A stretch of 63,989 nucleotides of DNA, filler included, from Licmophora abbreviata (Eukaryota): the NCBI GenBank assembly GCA_900291995.1. It is 24 parts of 24 records of this genome, joined end to end, with 100 filler letters (N's around TTAATTAATTAA, not from the genome) between each part and the next. Parts side by side here need not be neighbours in the genome. Positions count along the whole stretch, not along the records: positions 23,259 to 24,412 come from OLMU01005887.1; positions 24,513 to 26,212 come from OLMU01005888.1; positions 26,313 to 30,623 come from OLMU01005889.1; positions 30,724 to 32,664 come from OLMU01005890.1; positions 32,765 to 39,561 come from OLMU01005891.1; 19 more parts are not named here. One strand, given 5' to 3'. The notes below the pieces were generated by a model that was not told the origin of the DNA, did no database searches, and saw only the letters and a list, made by a program, of their open reading frames with translations. Below are positions 23,259-35,579 of this stretch, piece after piece; positions within the stretch are counted from its first letter, which is position 1; the number at the start of each line of letters is the position of its first letter. The translations under genes were made by a program, and so were the position numbers.

Positions 23259-24256
23259 ATGAAAACAACAAGAATTATGCTTCTTCTTCTTCACAAACGA
23301 AACTGGACGATTGGAAACCCTGGATCGAGTCTTTGCCAAAGGACTTTTGCACGGGCATTTGTATGACGGACGATGAAAAGGAATGTCTTCCAACCTGGAG
23401 TCGCGTGTTGGCAGAGGTGCATTGCATCCACTTTTTGCGCTTCTGTCAATCCAAACAGTCCTTGGTATCATCCTTTGGGAAGGAGGATGCAACGACGAAT
23501 GACCACGACGATGAGCTTCTCCGACTGCATCAGTGGGCCTTCAATGTGGTCTACAGTCGATGTTGGAGGTTCCAAGAAGAGGATACGGACAGATCCATGA
23601 CGATATTGAAGGCTACGGATATTGTGCCCATTGGAGACATGTTCAATCATCGATCGAATGCCAATGTGCTTGTACAGAATGAACCAGACTCTTTGACTGT
23701 CGATTTCGTGTACAAAACAACGATCGACGACACAGACGAACTGTACTTGTCCTACGGAGAACCCACCAATCCGCATCGCTTTCTGGTCTTGTTTGGCTTT
23801 GTAGATGAATCCATGGTAGAATGTGACTGTGAGATGGTCTTTCCGAATCCATCCAAAGAACTCCGAGAATTGGGCTGCAACGATCGATCCAAAATGGTCT
23901 TTCTGGTCGAGAACGGTGCCATTTCCAATACAGTCTACGATACGGTCTTGTATGCTTTGCTTGAAAGTCAACCCAACGAACGAGATGCCTTTTACAATGC
24001 GCATCGTCATGACGATAAGGCTGTCATCGAAGCCATGCATCGTCGGTATAGAGTTCAGGTTGCAACTGTGATTTGGAATCATGTCACGGGCAAGGTGAAG
24101 GAGCTCGAGTTGTTGGAGGATCGGATAGAGGTACTGCGGGGAAAGACCGGTGGTGATACGCCCAACCTTGCAGTGATTGCCAGGCAGAATAGATTTCTGA
24201 AAGGTGTATTCATGAGGGTAAAACATCGGCTGAATGAAAGTATGACGACGACGTAA
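23259..24256 (+). CDS. SET-domain methyltransferase (Rubisco LSMT/SETD3-like), 5' end in gap
   Basis: WKPWIESLP, WAFNVVYSR, IVPIGDMFNH and ELYLSYG...FLVLFGF motifs. Confidence 0.85.
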
Positions 24257-24512
24257 CAGGGAACAGAGCCGATTGACCCCTAGGTACTAGAGAGTTGAGT
24301 TTTCTTACTAGACCTACTAAATAATTAGTTCCCGGTCAGACTGGACAGCAAGTCTGCCCGAATCTCGATTCCGGTCAAGTCTTCCAAGGCAGGCACCAGC
24401 AGCAGCAACAGCNNNNNNNNNNNNNNNNNNNNNNNNNNNNNNNNNNNNNNNNNNNNTTAATTAATTAANNNNNNNNNNNNNNNNNNNNNNNNNNNNNNNN
24501 NNNNNNNNNNNN

Positions 24513-24774
24513 ACGATCTTGAGATGGTACTCGTGTCGAGCCGAACGGGGATCACAAGTATTTCAACTTGCAGGTATCTTTTCTTGAGTACAACACGGCT
24601 GCCGGGGCAGAAGGATCTCAAAGTGTTGAAACTGGCGACAGCACGTCCAACCCAAGTCTCGTGCTGGGGCTGATTGCCGCTTGTCTTCTTCTAACGTTTT
24701 CTGTAGGTGGGACGATGCTTGCTTGTTGGAAGGTCAGCAAGGGACAACGAGCGATGAGATACGGGAGTTTGTAG
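24513..24774 (+). CDS. 3' end of a paralogue of the SEA-like single-TM protein at 18886
   Basis: DLEMVLVSSRTGITSISTLQV, then TM LVLGLIAACLLLTFSVGGTMLAC and tail WKVSKGQRAMR. Confidence 0.75.
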
Positions 24775-25061
24775 AGTAGAAGGTTATCTATCTTATTGAT
24801 TTGTGAAAACGTGCCCTCTGATATCAAGCCATGCAATGCTGTACTTTTCTCTTGCATTGGTTTCCAGGAGAAAGGGCTTCTGGATAGCACTTGGTGCTTT
24901 TGACACATTATATCATAGATATCATAGCACCAGCGACTGGGCTCTTCGTGCTTCGGAGATACCTTTGCAAATTCATACTACGACGTCTGATGGTCAGTCG
25001 TCTCCCTTCTGTTCCAGCGATGAGTTCCAGTTGACCACCACTGTAGAGATGCACTATAGAG

Positions 25062-25988
25062 CTATCGCTTGATCAGTAAATCAGGCATTTCTCGTACAGC
25101 CATGAGATGTTGATTGATTTCGTCCGCCAACTGCTCCAGTTCTTGTTTCGACGAGCTCGTAGCGATTCTCGTGGCCATTCTTTCCCCGTATAGCCTCAAT
25201 TCAAAGTATGGTCGCTTCTTCGCCACCACCCCTACTTCCACTTTCGCTTCTCTCAAATTTTCAGTCGACCCATCCACATGCTTCTATATTCGCTTCCTAT
25301 ACTTGCTCGTATGGTTCCACGCATACTGTCCAATTTCGAGACGACTTGCGACAAAGGGATCCACTACTGCATTCTTGGCCACAACCGCACCAGCTCCCCA
25401 AAAGGGAACCATGAATAATCCTGCCCCGCTCCATGTGGCAGGAAGGATGATTGAAAACCACATCAAACTAAAGGCTCCTGCAAAAACCGTACTCGCATCG
25501 ACTCCGGTGGCTTCAAACTCTAAAACAAATGTGCCAGCGTCGGTTGTCGATGTCTTAGCGCGATCCATGACACGACTACGACGGGAGAGTGCCGGTGGAG
25601 AGGAGGATGCTGGAGGCTTCTTGAAACGTCGTCCAGCGACGAGTTTTTGATATACTGTCTCGGCAGCTGCCATGGCCCGCTCGAGTTCCAGTAGCTTAGA
25701 GTGGTATTCTTCTTCTCTTTCGAGATGATCGATGTCGTCCAGTTGGAGCGCCAGCAGATCCAGAACTGTCGGATCCTCAGTGTCCAACGGATGCGTAGTC
25801 ACAGAACGTGATTCGACAGGAAGCAACTCTCTTGTTTCTCTCGTCACGCCGATGAGCTTCTTTGTCCTTGTTGAAGGAGGCGTAGAACTCGAAAGTCGTT
25901 GTGAAGGAGAAAATGCTCTGCATGGGGCAATCCACAGCGCTGCTACTATTGAGCATAAGATGGGACTGATGCCAAAGGTACTCTTCAT
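25062..25988 (-). pseudogene. Plastid-targeted two-TM protein interrupted by one in-frame TAG at 25286-25284 (nonsense allele or sequencing error)
   Basis: Signal peptide with CRAFSP; FSLMWFSII..LFMVPFWGAG; the same frame continues for 73 coding-like codons after the TAG. Confidence 0.55.
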
Positions 25989-26525
25989 ATTGGATAAAGA
26001 CTCCTTGCCGGTGTTCTTGTGTGTGCTGTGGGAGACGTGATGAAACAATGAACGTCCTTTCACTTCAGATTTCAGACATTTCGTGCTTGTGCTTACTAGC
26101 TCTACAAGAGCACGACTAAAACGACACGCGGAACGCGGTCTGGCCGTTTCGGAAACCTCTATAGGACCTCGTACTGTTGTTCTTGTCGTGTGTGGTCGGC
26201 AAGAAGCGACATNNNNNNNNNNNNNNNNNNNNNNNNNNNNNNNNNNNNNNNNNNNNTTAATTAATTAANNNNNNNNNNNNNNNNNNNNNNNNNNNNNNNN
26301 NNNNNNNNNNNNAAACAACCAAGACAGAATACATACCTTGATCGTATGTGTCGGTGGTAGCGGCAACAAGAAAAGCCCGAAAAGACCACCGCTGCGGCAG
26401 TGAGTGATCATGATGATGATGACAAAAATGCACTTGGGAAAATGGCGCCAGCGGTGAGTGCGTGGGGGGGTTGGTTGGGTGGGTGGCTGGAGTATAAAAC
26501 TCTTCGTGGCGGACATAAATGTATT

Positions 26526-26593
26526 GTAATGGGCGCCCATTACTTACATAGGCGGTGAGCGAGGATGCAGGGCGAAAAGTAATGGGCGCCCAT
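26526..26593. repeat. Perfect 18-bp palindrome GTAATGGGCGCCCATTAC with a second partial copy
   Basis: Copies at 26526-26543 and 26579-26593; TTAGGGTTAGG nearby at 26621. Confidence 0.8.
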
Positions 26594-26905
26594 GTTTTAC
26601 TTAGAGAAAAACGATATATCTTAGGGTTAGGATGCGATGATGTGTCATTGAGGATGCGGGAGAGCCGCTGGCTGGGACTGTGTCCGCAACTTTAGTACGT
26701 GACATAGAAGCAGAGCGAGTCGATGGTCTACTCTCGAACCTCCATGTGCTTTCATAGTAGACGGAACGGATTCAGACCAGAACCAAGTTTGAATGTCATA
26801 GATAGCGCTCTGCGGTCGACCCGTAGAGCTGGTATCCAGTAGCGAACCCAATCCTCGAACCTACACGGAGCTGAGAGCTCGCACACATGCCGTCACTTCA
26901 GGAGC

Positions 26906-27464
26906 TACATGGAAGTAACTTGTCCCCTTTCCAGCTTATATCTCGATCCTCTATTTGCGCATGCGTTGCGAGGCCGCTTGCGCGCTTGATCTCTCGTTGC
27001 AAGGAGACTTCATGCTGGCCAGTTGCTATTTCAAATTCTAAACTAAATCCAATACCTGGTAGCATTTTATCCAGTTAATCTTGAGAGGACCTAGCCAAGT
27101 CCTTCCTGAACACCTTCTTCCATCCATCTTGGTTGATTACATACACTCCAATAAACCCACCTGAAAAGGCGTCTCGAAATGAAGCATGCCGGATTGCTTT
27201 TATTCCTAACGCAATAGCCTCGTCTTCTGACAAGGTCTGGGAAGACCTTCCGAGCTCAAAGATTGCATCTGCTTACATTCAGGCTCACCGCATTGCACAG
27301 ACGATCATTAAGGTCCGTGGCGACAATGGCTTCCTCGGCGGGAGCGGTACGCCTCACGTCGGCGTTCGGAAGGATTTTCATGAGACAGACCAGGGTCTCA
27401 CTCGTAAGGATCGTAAAGTGTATGGTCCACCTTAGTTAAATAAATACATGTTACTTGGACAGTA
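26906..27464 (+). mobile_element. Probable non-autonomous Tc1/mariner-like remnant carrying a transposase C-terminal fragment
   Basis: The ORF fragment VWEDLPSSKIASAYIQAHRIAQTIIKVRGDNGFL resembles the post-DDE C-terminal helices of mariner-type transposases. Imperfect inverted repeat AAGTAACTTGT (26913) / ACATGTTACTT (27446), each near a TA. Confidence 0.45.
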
Positions 27465-27933
27465 CACATGTTAGTAGTCTATCTTAAGACCCTTGAAGAT
27501 AGAGTCTTGGGTTAGGGCTAGCCTCTGCGAGTGTCGGCTAGTTCTCCTTGTGTTGCGACTACGTACAATTTATACTGGGTTCTACCTATTTCACGGAGTT
27601 TTGTGCTCAAAAACCGGGCACTGGAATTGGGCTGCACTGGAGCTCGTAGAGAACTCATCATCAAACCCAACGCCAAGATTCAAGATTGCCCGCGCACAAA
27701 AGTCTAGCACAATCGACAGCAGCGACGCGGCGAAAAAGAAGGCTGCGTGTTTCTTCTGTGGCGGTTCTCGACGGCCCTTCCTTTCCTCTCCACCACCCAA
27801 GCTTGCATTAGATTGTCCAGAGTTCCAATCCATTCAATACTGAATTCCGACGGGCCTCATTTTGACATCTGAATCGAATCGCCCCCCCAAAACTGAATAC
27901 CGCCGTGAACCTGGTAGACTACTCCCGCCTGGC

Positions 27934-28688
27934 ATGACGACTCCTGACTCGGAAGAATTGACGGCACAAGCGCTGGAGAGCCTTCCTACAGAAGTAGAAG
28001 CTCCTGTCACAAAGGAAAACGAAGAAGAAGAGCAGCGAACGGAAAGCTTGCCGCCTTTGCGAATGAACGTCGCCCATCGCCTCAGTGCGTCCGGCGGGAC
28101 CTCTTGGTTCCTCCTCCTACTGCGCCTTCCACGACTTCCGGTACGGGACCGAAGCCCAAAATGAAACGCCGCACCTCGCTCGAGCGGAAGAAGAGTCGGT
28201 CACAGTCTCCGTCCCTGCGTGCGGGCACTACAACAACGACGGCAGCCTCCACTGTGGACGGCAACTCCAGTCTCAGCAGTCTCGAGGACTTGGTCGTAGT
28301 CGATAGCGACATTCTCACAGACAAGATGGGACTGGAAGAACTCGATCTTGAAAAGCAACATTCCAACTCACAGCTTCTTCATGTGCCACCCCCCTCTCTG
28401 GCCCCTGTGAGCGAGCGCCTCTGCGATGAGACACTGGAGGACTCGCACGCTTTTAGCGATGTGAAGAGTGGAACGCATTCTCGAGGCACGTCATCCATTG
28501 CGACTGGAGGTGATATGGGCTCGTTGTTGGAGACACTCGAAGAAAATGAAGACGAAGAAGAAGAGAGGCTTGACGAGGAGGGAGAAAAGATTATTCTCAC
28601 AAATATGGAAAACTTGACGATCCACGAACACGAGGAAGAAGAGGCTATGCGACCGGAAGATGGGAGCAATACTCTACCAACGACATGA
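27934..28688 (+). CDS. Acidic disordered hypothetical protein; needs a frameshift near 28030 or an intron at 27994-28085
   Basis: The ATG-bearing frame (MTTPDSEEL...ENEEEE) switches to a second long frame that has no start codon of its own. Confidence 0.55.
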
Positions 28689-29121
28689 GGCTGGGGCGCC
28701 GCAACAAACCACGAATGTTTGTACCAGTACCGGTAGCGATGTTTCGCCGATGGTAATTCGATTGATTATTAATGTCGCCGTGTTACGAGATAAAATGTCA
28801 ATTGCTTCAGCCTTGCGATCGTGAGTCGACATGTTCAAGTGTACAGCGTGGCCGTGCAAAAAGAGACGTCGCATCCCTGTCGTAACTCGTTGTGCCAGAC
28901 TGGAGTCTCATCCTTAGGTTCTTGTCGCGTCCCGAGCATGACTGTGGAGCTAGTACTATTTATCGTGCACAAACCACCCAACGTAGCCACAAATTGCATC
29001 AAGCTATCATGTTGACAGCATTCTCACAAAAAAAAACGACAACTCAAAAATCTAGCCAGTATAGCTACTCTAGAGAGTATCAGATACCGTGAAGCGATCC
29101 CACCCGTCACCACGAGCACCT

Positions 29122-30390
29122 CTATAGATCCTTCTGTTTCTTTGCCTTCTTTTTCCCTCCGATATACTTAGCAATGAAGAACTCGAGGAACAGGAGCAGG
29201 TACGATCCATACATAATGAGAGCTGCAAAGTTGTTGCGCGGCTCCATAACACACTTTTCGTTGCTCGCCTTCTTGCTCTCGGCAAAGTAAAATCCCAGTG
29301 CAGTAACGATCACACCGACGACCATCTGCGAGATCTGTGCAACCGTAATGACCATGGCGTTCATCCAGGACGGCTTCAGCTTCATAGCCATCAGAAAGTA
29401 ATAGCCGTACATGATACTGTGTACTCCATAGTTCATTACGACAAAGAAAAGGCCACTAGGAGCCTTGGTGACATATGCGTGCCAGCAGTAGAGCAGTACC
29501 GTCACGTGGTGGTACCAGTGAAGAAAGATTAGTGGTTTCTTATGAACGACGATAAAGAAAGTATCAAGCAGTTCGCTAAGGAGAAGCGATCAGACAAACA
29601 GGGTGTGAGTTCCATGAGTTGCCATTTCCAAGCACGTCCATTGCGACGATTCTCATATGGTCGATTCCCATCACTCTCGAATGCCACGGAGCAGCCAAAT
29701 CATGCCATGAACTCGTCGCTGACCGTCGCCACAGCAGGGCGAACGAAAAAAGCAAACGACACTGTCGTCGACACAAATGAAAGTCATGGAGATGATACAG
29801 TCGTCCACTTGACGTTTCGGTGACTCCCCTCATGCAGCTCTCCCAATATTGACAACTTACGGAAACTTGGAGAGAATAAAGAACTGAACCCAGTTGCCAG
29901 TCGATCCGGAACCATAGAACGACTCTGGATCACGACAAAGGTTCTGGTCGATAGGAAAGTTCGTAAGATTGTGCGCCAGCTGTACGGCAGTCCGCGTAAA
30001 CCCGATAGCAGAAAACAAACTGAGCCCCAGGTTCCAGCAAGCCAGAGTGTTTCGCCAACTCCAAGGGTCGCGACTGGCAAAGTACCGACGGCCACCGACG
30101 ATTCCAATGCCATAGAGAAGAACAGCGACAATCGGAACCCACGAGTGTGCTGCCATCCAGTCACGGACCTTCACGGGATCGTTCTCCACCTCGAACCTGC
30201 GGAGAGGAAAATTATCCGACGATGTGAGCACACAGTTTCTAGAGTAGAGTGAAGCGAGTGAGGCTTCGAAACTGAAAACTTACTCGGAGAATGTCTTTCC
30301 CCACGAGGGGTACAGGCATGTGAGCTCTTCATACTTGAAACCAGCACTGTTTGTCCGTACACAGGACGGGTCGATAGCCTGAAACGCCAT
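29122..30390 (-). CDS. ELO: ELO/GNS1 fatty-acid elongase (ELOVL6-like); exons 30390-30284, 30196-29861 and 29575-29122
   Basis: FILSKFP|ELLDT, FLHWYHH, MNYGVHSIMYGYY and ITVAQISQM motifs; Lys-rich ER tail. Confidence 0.93.
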
Positions 30391-30828
30391 GGTACTGTAG
30401 ATAGTCCGGCACCCGACATTCGACATGTGGACCACGTTGTAACATACTCCGTATCAAATCTACATTGGATTTTGGCTGGAACACGTCACCGTATCTGCCG
30501 TATTTCGTGTCATTTTTATCGATTCGATCACTTTTTGACAATTTTGATCTTCTGCAACCTGATTGGTCCGTTCCAAATCACAAGAAGGCGCGCCCAAATT
30601 TGGAACTGAATTGCAGTACAAAANNNNNNNNNNNNNNNNNNNNNNNNNNNNNNNNNNNNNNNNNNNNTTAATTAATTAANNNNNNNNNNNNNNNNNNNNN
30701 NNNNNNNNNNNNNNNNNNNNNNNGTGACGTGCGAAATGCCGTAGAAAACTGATCGTCGATGAACAACCTCACTTCTTGTCGCATCCCTGCAGCTGTTTCA
30801 TTTGTCTCTTTGCTCTCCCACTGTCACC

Positions 30829-31700
<872 letters not shown>

Positions 31701-32078
31701 ATTCGTGGATCTCATCTTCACTGTCGAAGTACCGGCTAGCGTATGTTCGACTCTATAATGGGAACCAAGGATATCTATGAAAGTAGGTAGCAGTCTAATG
31801 GATAAATGTGTGGACGTGCGAAGGAATCGATAGCACCGGATCTTCGCATGTATGATGAGATGACAAAGAAATTCTAGACTACTTGTAGTCTCGAGGCGTA
31901 CGCCACACGAGTTTCAATGGATGAGATAATGACTTGTTCAAACGGGAGAGTCTCGCTGTGATGCCCAAATTGAGCAATCGTGATAGCGGGCCATCGAGGG
32001 GTGATAATGGACAGATGAAACTTTGCTATGTCTCCTCTTGGGGGCGCGCCGTAATGATTGCTATGATGAAATGGACGC

Positions 32079-32664
32079 ATGCCCGCAAGCACGAAGTGTC
32101 CCGCCGACAACACGAGCGCCAAGACCTCGCAGTCGTCATCTAGTCCAAGACGCGGTCCAACAATGACCGTCGCACCGGCGTCGCTTTGCCGCTTGCACGA
32201 CTTGCCCTCCCACACGGTTTCGCCGCCGTTGCTATTACCTGACAGTACTGCTGACCGTTTGGATAGACTTGGAGTGTGCGTTGCCTGTTGCTTGACTCCT
32301 TGCGATTTCATCCCCTGAAATTGGCGCGACAGCCTCCGGTGACAAGAACCAAATTGAGCGTGATTCGCGTGGAAAGCCGGAAGGTCGGGGTAACGATATT
32401 CTCCCACCATTTCGTCGTCAGGAGAAGCTAGAACCAGTCAACGGAGCAAGAAGAAGAGGCAGAACCGTGATTTGAAAGGGCCTCTGAAATTCTTTGGAGG
32501 GTCCAAGCAGCAGGACGCGCCGGCTCCTCCGTCCCAACAAGCATCCGAGAGCCCCCGCAGCCGAGTTGTTGACTTTTACCAGACCGTATTCCGCTGCGAC
32601 GTCGATACTGTGTGTGCTCCTGCTACGCCTTGGCGATCTTCTCAAGACGAAACTGATTCCGGAT
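32079..32664 (+). CDS. Possible 5' part of a hypothetical gene running into the gap
   Basis: Two same-frame open segments (32079-32315 and about 32400-32664) separated by a stop-rich stretch that could be an intron. No recognisable domain. Confidence 0.25.
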
Positions 32665-32793
32665 NNNNNNNNNNNNNNNNNNNNNNNNNNNNNNNNNNNN
32701 NNNNNNNNTTAATTAATTAANNNNNNNNNNNNNNNNNNNNNNNNNNNNNNNNNNNNNNNNNNNNCTACGAGGACCGCTCTACACCGAGTCATC

Positions 32794-34383
32794 ATGACGA
32801 CGACTTCGGATGCTCCTCCCGGCGCGGCGAAGGATGACACGAGTGCGACGAACCAGGACCATGTTCAGAAAGCCAAACAGGCTGTGTCGAGTTTCACGAA
32901 AAACACTTCTCGCGTAATTGGAAATTTCCTTCCGACCGAGGCGCTACAGAAGCTGACGACGCCCAAGTATACTATGCCTGACAAGACGGTCGCTTCCCAA
33001 GTATTGATGTACCGACAGTTGTTGCATACCAAAGCGAAGCCTGGACTGAAATTGAGCAGGGCGTACCAAGCAACCGTCGCACAGAAAGCTGTCATGCACA
33101 TGCCATGGTGGGAACAGGGGATTGAAGAAAGCAAAAAGATGGTCATCTCCTATGACAATCTCATCGTGCGCTTGTGGCTGAACGGGGCCATCATGCCCTA
33201 CACGGATCTTCTGGACGGTGCTTCGAGCGACGTCGGCAGCGGGATGGATACAATGATTGACGACAAGGGACTGCCACCTGTCCCGCATGTGTGGTGGGTC
33301 GAACGCATGGGATTCCAGCAACAAGATCCTGTCACCGACTTTCGCTCCAGCGGGGTCTTGGGACTGGGCATGCTAGTGTACATGGTGGAATCCTGTCCCG
33401 GCATTGTTGGGCGGTTCCGAGCCGGTGGGGATGTCGAAGTCTTGCCATTCGGGATAACGTGCATCAACATCACCGATATGATGGCTAAATTCTTGATGTT
33501 GAGTAAGAGCGTTGACAAGATGGATGCATTGTTGTCGCAAAAGCCGTTCTGGAAGATGTTTGGCGACCCGAACGCCATTCTTGCGCTACAAGAGATCTCC
33601 ATGTCGATGTTGTGTGACGTCGTCGTCGAAATCAAGCGTGAACGCCTTATCCCGGGACACGACAACGAGAACGAAAACAGGCATGGGGAACGCGACGGGA
33701 ATGTAAGTGCCAATACTGCCGCTAAACACCCTCGACGCTGACGATGCGTCTGACATGAGGAAGAGGTCAATGGAAACAAAGCGTTCTCACAGCATGTTCG
33801 ACACGTGACACCTTTTGTATATCGAATATAGGTCACAGTTTTTGACTTCCCGCAAATCTTGGAGACAACGGAAAGCCGTGTGCGCGACGATCTGCTTGGC
33901 GCGGGACCAAAGACGGTCGACGAATTACGCGCTGTCGCTGCGAAGCTCAAGATCAAGTACGAGGCGCAGCTCGCGGCGAAGGAGCATCGTGCAGGTATGC
34001 CACCGTCACCACCGTTGCGTGACGTCGCTGGTCAGGTGGTGGGCAATGCTGGAAACGTGGCGGTCGGCGTCTTCTCCAAACTCAAGGCTGCGTCGCCCAA
34101 CCTGAAGCAATCGTTGTCCGCCAGACTGAAGGGTGACACGGGCGTAAGTGAAACCAGAGACAAAAGCTCTTCCACAGCAGTAGGCTCATCTACTGCCGCA
34201 CCAGTTGTACCAGCTGCAGACTTGTTGACTGCTAACCCGAGCCCAGATAAAGCCAGCGCGAAGGCGTCAGATGCAGTCTCCGGAGCGGAAGAAGGCGTGT
34301 TTGTGAATCACTCGGATGCGGAGGCATACGTAACGAGTGGAGTGGGTCATTTTTCCATCGACGACGACGATGATGATCTCTAA
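32794..34383 (+). CDS. ELMO/CED-12 domain protein; intron 33703-33831
   Basis: WVERMGFQQQDPVTDFRSSGVLGLGMLVY and LPFGITCINIT motifs; VFDFPQILE after splicing. Confidence 0.88.
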
Positions 34384-34569
34384 ATGGTACTAGGGTGATA
34401 TGTCATTAGCAATAGTTCCAAATCGGGTGCCCGGTATCATACTTTTCCGTCGGTTGCATCTTACTGGGTACCTGCCCCTTGTCCAGGTGACGGTCCTTGG
34501 GTCGCTACCGGTAGCTTACGGTTTGTCATCACTGTTGAAATATAAACAAGTCTGGTCGATCCGGTCGAT

Positions 34570-35091
34570 CTATCCTTCAAAGCCAATAACTCCTCCGACT
34601 CGCAGCATTTCTTCCACTTGACCCGGGAGATCGACCCCGGTCCAATACTCGGTCAAAAGTCCGACGGCAAGAAAGAACATGGCATAGCGTCCGTTATACG
34701 TTTCGGCTTGTCCTGTCCACCCCACCATTCGCGATTCCTCATATTCCTCTTCGACTCGTTCCTTTCGCCACTTTTCTTCCATCTTTCCCAGCGCAGTTAC
34801 CTGCGCGGCGAGTTCGATCTCGTTCAACACGATCTTTCCTGGGACATTCTCTGTGATCCAGTCATCGTCGCCGCCAAACTTTTCATCCCAATCAAAGTCA
34901 CCCTTCAATTCAGGGAGTTCAGGGCGATCTGGATTCATTTTTGGCTCATCGTCGTACGCCTTGGCAGCTTCCTTGACCTTATCTGAGTGAAGAACGACGG
35001 CCCTGCGGTTTGTGAATGCAGCCGGCGTCGAAAAGGCAGACGCGGCTCCTAGACACGCCGAAATTACAACTAACGACCTCAAGGATGGCAT
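34570..35091 (-). CDS. OHP2: Plastid one-helix LHC-like protein (OHP2/HLIP-type)
   Basis: Signal peptide with ASAFST; C-terminal GWTGQAETYNGRYAMFFLAVGLLTEYWTG chlorophyll-binding helix. Confidence 0.8.
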   Translation of the reverse strand: MPSLRSLVVISACLGAASAFSTPAAFTNRRAVVLHSDKVKEAAKAYDDEPKMNPDRPELPELKGDFDWDEKFGGDDDWITENVPGKIVLNEIELAAQVTALGKMEEKWRKERVEEEYEESRMVGWTGQAETYNGRYAMFFLAVGLLTEYWTGVDLPGQVEEMLRVGGVIGFEG

Positions 35092-35579
35092 CTTGGCGTA
35101 TCGTAGACTTTAGTGGGGAAGAGGCGGAGTAAATTGGGTGGATGGCAACGACAACAACGACAGCAACGACTTTACTTTTGTTCCAGTTGATGGTATCATA
35201 ATGAACGAATGGTCATGTGTCAAGATGCTAGTGGCGCGGAATGGACTGTGGTGAAGAAGTGCGTCATCGAGTATCAGCTCACTCGACTCACTTGACTAAA
35301 AATGAGAGAAGGAGAAGAGAAGATGCCTTTGTCAGTACGATACTTTCTACCCTGTCCGAGAGTTTGAGTACGATAGGATTGACTACTTCAAACATCAAAC
35401 ATGGCTAGACTAACCGAAGGTACTGCACCAGCAAGCGGTACAACAATAGCTGCGAGGATGTTTAGCTTATGTCGCTTTTATTCACAGTTCATTGACAATC
35501 AAATTGAAAGATATTTCCTCGGTCTGCAGACTCAGCACTCGCTGCTACAGATCACCGATATGATACGAGGAGCGCAAGG

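Noticed and set aside
26621..26631. TTAGGGTTAGG as a telomere
   Set aside because: Fewer than two full units and internal to a segment.
31874..32410. 178-aa minus-strand ORF downstream of PCNA
   Set aside because: No recognisable motifs or coding-like composition.
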